64,000 bases of DNA from Candidatus Moraniibacteriota bacterium (lineage in GTDB: Bacteria > Patescibacteriota > Minisyncoccia > Moranbacterales > UBA1568), in NCBI GenBank assembly GCA_049287005.1, contig JBAQEZ010000003.1, positions 265,745 through 329,744 of the forward strand, in the 5' to 3' direction. Positions 56,574 to 64,000 of this stretch are shown here, piece by piece (within the stretch, counting starts at the first letter, position 1; every line of letters begins with the position of its first letter). A model generated the notes under the pieces. The model did no database searches and was not told the DNA's origin. It saw only the letters and a list, made by a program, of their open reading frames with translations. The translations under genes and the position numbers were made by a program.

Positions 56574-57743
56574 TTGATGTTTATGATAATTGGAATAGAC
56601 GCATCGCGGGCATTTCTCAAGCGCCGGACAGGGATTGAGGAATATGCGTATCAAACCATCAAGCATCTACGCAGTGTCATCTCTGAAACGGACACTGTTG
56701 TTTTATATGTGAGAAAAAAGATTGTTTTTCGGAGTGGACGGATACGATTTATATTTCCAGAAATAGATTTTTCTTTGCCGACGAATTGGGGCCTGAGAGG
56801 AATCTGGGCGCCGCGGTTTTGGACTCAGATCGCACTCTCTGTCGAAATGATATGGAAGCGCCCGGACGTGTTATTCGTTCCGGCTCACACGGTGCCGCTC
56901 GTCCATCCTGCCAAGACGGTCGTGACCATCCATGGTTTGGAGTATGAATTTTGTTCACAGGGCTATACCCTGTGGGAACGCCTGTATATGCGTTTCTCAA
57001 TACGCTATTCGTGCCGTGTAGCATCAACGGTCATCTGCGTTTCAGAAAATACCAAGCGTGACGTGATGTCTCTCTATGGGGTGGCAGAGGAGAAAATACG
57101 CGTGATCTATGAAGGTTTTGATGAAAAATTCAAATTACGAAGTCAGAATTTCGAATCAAATTCAAATGTGCAAATTTCGAAATCAGGCATTGAATCAAAA
57201 TTCAAAATTCAAAATTCAAAATTCCTTCTTTTCATAGGTCGGTTAGAGGAAAGGAAAAATATCGTGCGTATCATCGAGGCTTTTGAAATTTTGGAAGAAA
57301 AATATCGGACTCCTCACCAGTTGGTATTGGTAGGGAAGCCGGGATACGGCTATGAACACATCCGATTCAAAATTCAAAATTCAAAATTCAAAATTTCTAT
57401 CAAAGAGTTGGGGTATGTGACCGAAGAAGAGAAGTGGGAATTATTGAAACATGCCGATGTCTTTCTCTTTCCGACGCTGTATGAGGGTTTCGGTATTCCG
57501 GTGCTGGAAGCGCAGTCGGTCGGCGTACCGGTCGTAGCCTCGGAGACGTCTTCCTTGCCGGAGGTGGGCGGGGAGGGCGCGGTGTATGTGGACCCAAAGA
57601 GTGCGCAAAGTATCGCGGCAGGCATCCAGAGGGTGCTTTCGGACAAGGGGTTGCGAGGTGATATAATAGAAAAAGGGCTGAAGAACGTGGAGCGGTTTAG
57701 CTGGATGCAATGCGCGGACAAAATTGTTCATCTTTTAAAATAG
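56574..57743 (+). CDS. GT4-family glycosyltransferase with two in-frame (AAAATTC)n heptanucleotide repeat insertions
   Basis: The C-terminal GT-B motifs are EGFGIPVLEA and VPVVASETSSLPEV. The repeat tracts at 57195-57225 and 57365-57397 encode KFKIQNSKF-like segments. Confidence 0.75.
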   Translation: MMFMIIGIDASRAFLKRRTGIEEYAYQTIKHLRSVISETDTVVLYVRKKIVFRSGRIRFIFPEIDFSLPTNWGLRGIWAPRFWTQIALSVEMIWKRPDVLFVPAHTVPLVHPAKTVVTIHGLEYEFCSQGYTLWERLYMRFSIRYSCRVASTVICVSENTKRDVMSLYGVAEEKIRVIYEGFDEKFKLRSQNFESNSNVQISKSGIESKFKIQNSKFLLFIGRLEERKNIVRIIEAFEILEEKYRTPHQLVLVGKPGYGYEHIRFKIQNSKFKISIKELGYVTEEEKWELLKHADVFLFPTLYEGFGIPVLEAQSVGVPVVASETSSLPEVGGEGAVYVDPKSAQSIAAGIQRVLSDKGLRGDIIEKGLKNVERFSWMQCADKIVHLLK

Positions 57744-57744
57744 T

Positions 57745-58929
57745 ATGGAAACACGGCAAGATACAATCAACACCGTCAAAGACAAGAAAGTGGCGTTGGT
57801 GCACGATTTTTTGGTGGCTTATGGAGGGGCGGAACGAGTGTTTGAGGCGATGGCGGAAATGTTTCCGGAGGCGCCGATCTATACGCTTTTGTATGACAAA
57901 GAGCGCATGGGCGAACATTTTCAGGGACGCGATATCCGCGTATCGTGGCTGTCGAAGTTGCCGCGGTTTTTGAAAAAGCGCTACCGTTTCTTTCTCCCGT
58001 TCTTTCCGGTCGCGGTGGAATCGTTCGACTTGCGGGATTTCGATCTGGTACTCTCTTCTTCCGGAGCCTGGAGCAAGGGGATCGTGACGCGGCTCAACAC
58101 GAAGCATATTGCCTATCTGCATTCGCCGATGCGCTATGCCTGGGATTATCATGAGCAGTATTTGGGAGAGCTCGGTGCGCATGGGAAGAGAAAGATTTTC
58201 ACACGCATGCTCCTCTCGTATCTCCGCATGTGGGACAGGCAGGCGGCGGAACGGCCGGATGCACTCCTGGTGAATTCCCGATTCACGCAGGCGCGGGTCA
58301 AGAAATACTACCGCCGCGACAGTACTGTGGTCTATCCCGGCGCCCTGGATTTGCTGGAAAAATCGCTGAAGTTTCCATCCCAAGCAGCGGTGGAGCGCGG
58401 ACCCGCCCACATTGCTACGCAAAGTGTTTCGGGCAGGCATTTTCTCGTCGTGTCGCGCCTGACGCGTTCCAAAAAAATCGACCCGGTCATCGAGGCCTTC
58501 AATAAATTAGGCTTTCCCTTGGTGATTGTCGGTGACGGACCGGAACGCGGAGCCCTTGAGCGGATGGCGGAGAAAAATATCACCTTCAGAGGCTTTGTCG
58601 GGGACAGCGAGCTAGTCGGACTGTACCGCGGCGCCAGGGCAGTCATTTTTCCTTCGGAAGAAGATTTCGGCATGGTGGCGGCGGAAGCCCTGTCGTTCGG
58701 TACGCCGGTCGTCGCGTATGAGTATGGCGGTATCCGGGAAATCATCGCAGCGGGGAAAACGGGCGAATTGTTTCATGCCCAGACGCCGGAGATCATCGCC
58801 GAGGGCGTGCGCCGTTTTCTCCAGCATGAGGGGCAATATGATGAAGCTCTGATGAAGCAGTCCGTCGCGCATCTGACGAAAGAAAATTTCCAGAAGCGAA
58901 TGAGAGAATGTATTGAAAAATATCTGTAG
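57745..58929 (+). CDS. GT4-family glycosyltransferase
   Basis: N-terminal VALVHDFLVAYGGAERV and C-terminal EDFGMVAAEALSFGTPVVA are the GT-B/GT4 signatures. Confidence 0.8.
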   Translation: METRQDTINTVKDKKVALVHDFLVAYGGAERVFEAMAEMFPEAPIYTLLYDKERMGEHFQGRDIRVSWLSKLPRFLKKRYRFFLPFFPVAVESFDLRDFDLVLSSSGAWSKGIVTRLNTKHIAYLHSPMRYAWDYHEQYLGELGAHGKRKIFTRMLLSYLRMWDRQAAERPDALLVNSRFTQARVKKYYRRDSTVVYPGALDLLEKSLKFPSQAAVERGPAHIATQSVSGRHFLVVSRLTRSKKIDPVIEAFNKLGFPLVIVGDGPERGALERMAEKNITFRGFVGDSELVGLYRGARAVIFPSEEDFGMVAAEALSFGTPVVAYEYGGIREIIAAGKTGELFHAQTPEIIAEGVRRFLQHEGQYDEALMKQSVAHLTKENFQKRMRECIEKYL

Positions 58930-58979
58930 ATCGTTTGCGATCGGTGACACTCTGATCCGCGACTTTTATATTCTGCGCT

Positions 58980-59885
58980 ATGCACATAATAGGACATAAA
59001 AAAGAAAGAGAAAGATTAAAGACACTGGCACTGGAAAATAAGGTTTCCCAGGGCTATCTTTTTGTTGGACCGCAAAGCGTGGGCAAGAGCTTGTGTGCGC
59101 TAGAGTTCGCCATGGAACTGGTAGCCGAACCCGATTTCGAGCCGAACGAAAACAAACCGTATCCATTCGATGTGCTGGTCGTGAAGCCAGAAGAAGAAAC
59201 CAAGCGCGGTGTCACGAAACAAAAAGGTATCGGAGCGGAGGCGATGCGTGACGCGCTTGTCTTCCTCTCTCGTTTTCCTGCCAAAGGGCGCTTCCGTGTG
59301 GTGATGGTCGAAGAGGCGCACAAGCTTTCTTCGGCAGCCCAGAATGTTATTTTGAAAAACCTGGAAGAACCGAATCCGACCGCCGTGATGATTCTTATCA
59401 CCCATGATGTGGGGAGCATCCTGCCGACCGTCCTTTCGCGTGTAGAGAGAGTGCGTTTCAACTATGTTCCTCAGGAAGACATGGAAAGGGCAAGCGCGAT
59501 TGTGACGGTACAAAAAACCGGGCATCCGATCGCGCCTTTTTTCTTTTCGCTCGGCCGTCCAGGGATGATCGTGCGGGCGGCAGAGGACCCGCAACAGTTC
59601 GTTCAGGAACAGGAAAGGCTCGGGCGCCTTTTCCGGCTCTCATCGCTCACGCTTGGTGAACGGTTGCGCCTCGCGGAAGAATTGGCGAAAAATGTTCCTG
59701 AGACGATACGGCTTTTGGAGTGGTGGTTGCCAGGGCTGCATGCGCAGGCCCTGAAGGGTACGGATGCTCGTTATACGGCGCGCTTCTTCGGTTTATTGGA
59801 AGAAACGGAACGGACACTGACGTTGTTCAAGACGACGCAGAGCAACGCGCGCCTGCTCTTGGAAAAATTATTTTTTTCATTGTAA
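58980..59885 (+). CDS. holB: DNA polymerase III delta' subunit-like AAA+ clamp-loader protein
   Basis: GYLFVGPQSVGKS is the P-loop region, followed by a short helical lid. It is about 300 aa. Confidence 0.6.
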   Translation: MHIIGHKKERERLKTLALENKVSQGYLFVGPQSVGKSLCALEFAMELVAEPDFEPNENKPYPFDVLVVKPEEETKRGVTKQKGIGAEAMRDALVFLSRFPAKGRFRVVMVEEAHKLSSAAQNVILKNLEEPNPTAVMILITHDVGSILPTVLSRVERVRFNYVPQEDMERASAIVTVQKTGHPIAPFFFSLGRPGMIVRAAEDPQQFVQEQERLGRLFRLSSLTLGERLRLAEELAKNVPETIRLLEWWLPGLHAQALKGTDARYTARFFGLLEETERTLTLFKTTQSNARLLLEKLFFSL

Positions 59886-59894
59886 GTTTCTGTT

Positions 59895-60869
59895 ATGTGG
59901 TTTTCGTCCAAACAAGTTCATCTGAAACGTCAGGGAAAAGGCACGGTGCATTTTTTGCGTAAAGCCTTGCCTCAGCGTCAGGAACGACGGGTGCTGAAAC
60001 AAAAACCAGGAGGGGGTAAAGCAGTGCTGGTGCTGTGGCTCTTTTTTTTGGGAACGCTTGTGTACGTACTTTTCTTTTCGCCCTTCGTTTTCATCGAGCA
60101 TGTCCAGATAACGGGAACGCATGAGCTTTCTCGGGAAACAGCGCAGGACTTTGTGGAAGCCCAGATAACAGGAAAGTACTGGGGTATCCTTCCGAAACGG
60201 GCGTATATACTGGTGCGACCACGGGTTTTGGAAGAGTGTTTGCGTGCGGAATACCCGCTGCTCGCTGCTGTTTCTGTGGAGCGTACTTTTCCGAGTAGCA
60301 TGCGTATTCTCGTGACGGAACGAAAATATATCATCCTATTGAATGCTGCGGATGTGAGATATCTCGTTGATGAGGCTGGGGTGACGCAGGAGGGTGCACG
60401 GGCATTGTCTCCGGAGAACGCGGCTTACGTAATTACGCTGACTGACACGAGTGGCAAACCGGTGAAGAGAGGAGAGAAGGTTTTCGATCCAAGCTATGGG
60501 ATATTCGTTGCCGGAATACAGGAGATGTTTCCGGAACAGTTGGGACTGACGTTGGCTCCGTACTATACGATGGCTTCTCGCTTTGCCGAAGAGTTGCGTG
60601 CCCAAACGGATGAAGGCTGGGCGGTGTATTTCAATACGGGCATCCCCATCGAGACGTCTTTGCATACGCTCAAGCTTCTTTTCGAGAAGGAACTGCCGCA
60701 AGAAAAACGCCTGAACCTTGACTATATCGATCTGCGGGCGGAGAATCGCGTGTACTATGCTTTTCGCGATGGGGAAAGCGCCGAGACGGACCCGTCCGCT
60801 CTGGTCCCGTCTGATACGCAAAAGTCAGGTGAGGATAAGAGCGTGTCGGCAAAGAAAGAGAAGAAGTGA
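59895..60869 (+). CDS. FtsQ/DivIB-like cell division protein (POTRA domain)
   Basis: A basic N-terminus, one TM helix, then FVFIEHVQITGTHELSRE, the typical start of a POTRA domain. Confidence 0.55.
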   Translation: MWFSSKQVHLKRQGKGTVHFLRKALPQRQERRVLKQKPGGGKAVLVLWLFFLGTLVYVLFFSPFVFIEHVQITGTHELSRETAQDFVEAQITGKYWGILPKRAYILVRPRVLEECLRAEYPLLAAVSVERTFPSSMRILVTERKYIILLNAADVRYLVDEAGVTQEGARALSPENAAYVITLTDTSGKPVKRGEKVFDPSYGIFVAGIQEMFPEQLGLTLAPYYTMASRFAEELRAQTDEGWAVYFNTGIPIETSLHTLKLLFEKELPQEKRLNLDYIDLRAENRVYYAFRDGESAETDPSALVPSDTQKSGEDKSVSAKKEKK

Positions 60870-60906
60870 ACGGAGGATGCAAGCTGCAGGACAAGCGATG
60901 CCTGAT

Positions 60907-60998
60907 AAAAATCAAAAAAGATTCAAACGTTTTTAGGGAACCATTGGCAAGATTGCTTTGGTACGGTTCATCTAAAACGTTTGAATCTTTTTTGATTT
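60907..60998. repeat. 27-bp perfect inverted repeat with a 35-nt (itself partly palindromic) loop between convergent genes
   Basis: AAAAATCAAAAAAGATTCAAACGTTTTTAG (60907-60936) pairs with CTAAAACGTTTGAATCTTTTTTGATTT (60972-60998). Confidence 0.7.
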
Positions 60999-61040
60999 CT
61001 TTTTCCCTGTTTGGCTCCTTTGTCTATTATCAATTATCCC

Positions 61041-63119
61041 TCATCTCTTTTCGGGGATGTAATAAATGAAGATGGAGTCTCCGGCGCGGGTGACGGGGGT
61101 CATCTGTGTCAGCCAGTCATATGTTGGGTCCCCTGGCTTGAGATAGCGAGCAAAAGAACTTTCCTGGATAACTCCGCCTATCGAGAGGGCGTACCAGCCG
61201 GGTTCCGTGGCATTGTAGGAGTGCCATGAGATGTATTTGTTTCCGAGATAATATTGCGGATTCGCGCCGTTGAAGTAGTCGGTACGGATTTTTCCGATGT
61301 CAGGGTAAGTGTTCGCGAGAGCGCAGGTATCTCGGGGCGAATCCGTTCCTGCTCGGCAGCGATTCAGCATATCCAGGAGGGCGTACCAATCCGGTTCTGG
61401 ATCATTGAAGGAATGCCAGGGGACGTATGTGTCTCCGAGATAATAAGAGGGACTCGATCCTCCGAAGTAGTCGACGCGGATCTTATCGATAGACGGGTAT
61501 CCGGCCGCGATAGAGCAGTCATCCTCGGGAGCCGCTATCCCTGCTGCACAGCGGTTATGGGACTCGACAAAATTGCGGAGTCGTTTCAGATCCTGACCCC
61601 AGTCATAGTTAGAATCAGTGACGTATTTGTATCCATTCAGATGTCCGCCGGATGCGACATTGAAATAGGAGAGATAGTGCGGGTATGCCAGGACGGGAAT
61701 CGCCATGATGGACAAGGTTAATCCGCCGAGAAGAAACGCCAGCATTTTTTTCGTTGTCGTATCGTCAGCGTGGTGTTTGAAGCAGTCGAAGATGGTTTTG
61801 GCCACGAGCATGTAGAGAAAAGGCAGAATCGGGAAGAGATGCCGGAAGCCGATGGTCAGATTGCCGGTGATGCTCACGTAGCCGTAGAACAGGATAAAGA
61901 AGACGGAGAGGTATTGCGTGATCTTGTTCTGGAAGGAACGGGCGAAAAGATCCCAGAGAGTAGTGGCAGCAACCAATGATTTCCCAATGCGCGCCAGGGT
62001 GTAGACGGTCGTCGCGAGAAGCAGGAAGAGAAAGACCAGCGTTTCTTTGAGAACAAAAACGACGGGGAAATACGAGGCGACTGCCTGATTGGAAACAGTA
62101 CCCAGATAGTAGTAGTTATTGCCTCCGGTGACTCGGGCGAATACCATGGCTACGCCGAGGAAATATTCGCTCAAAGGTTTGAGGAAAATCGATTGGCTGG
62201 TTGTCACGACGAGCGTGTGAGCGAAGCGTGCGGGAAGATTATTCTGGGACAGGCTGTGATCGGCGAGTGTGATGAGTTTCTCACCTGGCATGTTGATCGT
62301 ATTGAAGAAATACAGCACCCAGATGAGCACGAAACAAACAAGGATAATGCTGAGGTATTTGAAGCCGTATGCGAAAATGGCGTGCCATCGGAAGACAGCG
62401 GGAGAGCGGGGGTCATCGACCGCCTTCTGTTTGGTGAACGCGTAGAGAAGAACGAAGAGACCAAAAACAGGAAAGAGCAGCACGGCGGAAAATTTGGCAA
62501 GCTCTGCGAGACCCAGAAAGATGCCTGCCACGATAACGTTCTTGAAATTCGGATGTTTCAGGAAACGGACGAAAAAATAAAACGCGAAAAAAAGAAAGGC
62601 CGCAATACCGATATCAGTGGTCACATAATGGTTATGCGCGATGATATTGGGGTCGAAGGCATAGAGTGTGACCGCCAGAAGGCCGGCCAGCGTTCCGCCG
62701 AGTTCTTTGGTCCAGAGGAAAAGAGCGATGCCCAGAATGACAGCAATCAGCGTGATAGGCAGGCGAGCCCAAAAAAGGATAGCGTCAGCATCATTGCAGC
62801 CAATTTCCGGTCGTGTGCAATTCACGAACATGTCCCCGATGGTCCATTGCTCGTTGGTTCCGGATCGCCATTCGTCTGACTGGAGAGGGAAAGAGAGATG
62901 CATCATGAGTAGCGGCAGGCCGGCGAGGTCTTTGAGCAGCGGTGGATGCTCCGGATTGAGGCGCATGTCGCCGAACCGGACATAGCTGTAGGCGGCCGGA
63001 ATATGCGCTCGTTCGTCATAAACCATCGATTCTTGGCTAGAAATCACGAGGGAGAGGATGAAATGGAAGGAGAGGATGCCGGCGACGATCAGATAAGCAC
63101 GTTTTTTCAGGAAATCCAT
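61041..63119 (-). CDS. GT-C fold membrane glycosyltransferase (PMT/ArnT-like, GT39/83 family) with a tandemly duplicated Cys-containing C-terminal domain
   Basis: The N-terminus has a DE motif in the first loop (YDERAHIPAAYSYVRFG), followed by many TM helices. The C-terminus carries two ~60-aa repeats of the form C-x10-C...YP.I.KIR.DYF.G..P.YYLG..Y..WHS.N..EP.WYAL. Confidence 0.7.
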   Translation of the reverse strand: MDFLKKRAYLIVAGILSFHFILSLVISSQESMVYDERAHIPAAYSYVRFGDMRLNPEHPPLLKDLAGLPLLMMHLSFPLQSDEWRSGTNEQWTIGDMFVNCTRPEIGCNDADAILFWARLPITLIAVILGIALFLWTKELGGTLAGLLAVTLYAFDPNIIAHNHYVTTDIGIAAFLFFAFYFFVRFLKHPNFKNVIVAGIFLGLAELAKFSAVLLFPVFGLFVLLYAFTKQKAVDDPRSPAVFRWHAIFAYGFKYLSIILVCFVLIWVLYFFNTINMPGEKLITLADHSLSQNNLPARFAHTLVVTTSQSIFLKPLSEYFLGVAMVFARVTGGNNYYYLGTVSNQAVASYFPVVFVLKETLVFLFLLLATTVYTLARIGKSLVAATTLWDLFARSFQNKITQYLSVFFILFYGYVSITGNLTIGFRHLFPILPFLYMLVAKTIFDCFKHHADDTTTKKMLAFLLGGLTLSIMAIPVLAYPHYLSYFNVASGGHLNGYKYVTDSNYDWGQDLKRLRNFVESHNRCAAGIAAPEDDCSIAAGYPSIDKIRVDYFGGSSPSYYLGDTYVPWHSFNDPEPDWYALLDMLNRCRAGTDSPRDTCALANTYPDIGKIRTDYFNGANPQYYLGNKYISWHSYNATEPGWYALSIGGVIQESSFARYLKPGDPTYDWLTQMTPVTRAGDSIFIYYIPEKR

Positions 63120-63129
63120 AGATGTTCTG

Positions 63130-64000
63130 TTATTCTGTTGTTACTTTTGGCAACACGATGACATTGAAATCTCCGCCTGCGCGATTCGGTCCATTCATAT
63201 CGATACGTTCCGTGTATGCTCTGGGATAGAGGTCTTTCAGTCGCTGCGCGAGGGTGTCGTTATAATGGAGCATGAGGAGGATACTCGGCCTTTGAATGAG
63301 GGTATCGCTCTTGATGATTTCTAAATTGGCGACGCGGCCGTAGGTGAGGAAATAGACGGGATGTGCGAACACAGGGAGATTGAAACGATCACTGTTGCCT
63401 TTTTCATCAGCGAGCATATATTTTTTCGTTTCCGGAGGAAGAGACAGAAGATAGCGTCCCATATTGGTATAGCCTTCGTTGAAAGAGTCGGCAGCAGCGG
63501 GACTCTCCGCGAAGAAAACGAAATATTTGGTGAGATTGAAAATGGCGCTGCCTCCCAGGGCAATGGCGAGGAGGGTCAGCAAAGCGATGCGCGAGCCCAT
63601 CTGTGAGCGCAGCGCCTTTTGCAGAATCCAGAATGCGGGAAAGGCCGCCATCAAAAACACCGGCATCTGCGTCCCGATAGAGCGCAGCGCGTGCGGCAAG
63701 CCTTCGTCCGTGAGAAATTCCGGGATCAGCATGATGATAAAAGAGCCGAGCAAAAAGAAGCCAGTGACCAGGCGGGTGTCCCGATCGCCACTGCGGATAC
63801 GGCGGACGAGCAGCGCGATCGTCTGCCAGAGAGTGAACAAAAAACCGGCCAGGAAGAATGTCCCGACGAAAGGATCGAGAATCGGGTAGGGTGGATAGTT
63901 GTGGCGCCAATTCTGGTCGCCGAAGAAATTGTATTGGACGAGCGAAAGAGAAACTGTTTTGGTGAGCGTGCCCAACAAGTTTCCATGATTCACTTCCGGG
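63130..64000 (-). CDS. second GT-C-like polytopic membrane protein (C-terminal part; N-terminus beyond the window)
   Basis: A polytopic membrane protein with an ArnT/PMT-like layout. The reading frame stays open to the window edge. Confidence 0.5.
   Translation of the reverse strand, partial: PEVNHGNLLGTLTKTVSLSLVQYNFFGDQNWRHNYPPYPILDPFVGTFFLAGFLFTLWQTIALLVRRIRSGDRDTRLVTGFFLLGSFIIMLIPEFLTDEGLPHALRSIGTQMPVFLMAAFPAFWILQKALRSQMGSRIALLTLLAIALGGSAIFNLTKYFVFFAESPAAADSFNEGYTNMGRYLLSLPPETKKYMLADEKGNSDRFNLPVFAHPVYFLTYGRVANLEIIKSDTLIQRPSILLMLHYNDTLAQRLKDLYPRAYTERIDMNGPNRAGGDFNVIVLPKVTTE

Noticed and set aside
1-64000. CRISPR arrays, rRNA genes, transposases or integrases
   Set aside because: No direct-repeat/spacer periodicity, no rRNA-like conserved stretches, and no DDE transposase or tyrosine/serine recombinase motifs were seen in any frame.

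Overview
The window looks like a small-genome, CPR/Patescibacteria-like bacterium. The signs are: ribosomal proteins with lineage-type extensions, no rpmD between rpsE and rplO, several GTG/TTG starts, weak Shine-Dalgarno usage, many glycosyltransferases, and peptidoglycan and division genes present. Most of the window is conserved core. It starts with hisS' and runs through rpsU, yqeY, ybeY, dgkA, ftsA, ftsZ, nrdR, DUF167, comEC (split in two), ndk, tRNA-Pro, rpmB (minus strand) and an M50 protease. Next comes the str operon: rpsL-rpsG-[extra small ORF]-fusA. An accessory island of about 12.7 kb follows (14.7-27.4 kb), and only then tuf, the S10-spc block (rpsJ...rplO-secY-adk-map), ruvX, GT2, a GalT-like gene, and tpiA-fba-gap. 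The 3' part holds a coiled-coil hypothetical, a D-aminoacylase-like amidohydrolase, murD, a csoR-family repressor with gdh and trxB, a 535-nt noncoding region, murA-mreB, two GT4 genes, holB, an ftsQ-like gene and two GT-C (PMT/ArnT-like) membrane glycosyltransferases on the minus strand. The main hunt result is the island between fusA and tuf, which are normally adjacent. Its first module is ACP-centred lipid tailoring: a PlsC-like acyltransferase, a 4'-phosphopantetheinyl transferase, an acyl carrier protein, a lipase_2-like alpha/beta hydrolase with Cys in the nucleophile position, a SAM methyltransferase and, further on, a FeeM/OlsB-like N-acyltransferase. It also carries a MacAB-type exporter (two FtsX permeases, an ABC ATPase, a HlyD adaptor), a PyrD-like flavoenzyme, and a convergent ThiF(E1)-like plus tandem-nitroreductase (SagB/ThcOx-like) pair. 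The same ~33-bp motif lies upstream of the exporter genes and upstream of the ThiF operon. Other observations: a two-copy ~120-nt structured intergenic element with compensatory closing stems; an 'AAGCTAA' repeat family in ribosomal-protein intergenic regions; (AAAATTC)n heptanucleotide repeats inside a GT4 gene; an extra ORF and terminator inside the str operon; a split comEC; a CsoR-type operator; and a long noncoding region with a consensus promoter. All calls rest on reading the sequence and translations directly; no database search was possible.
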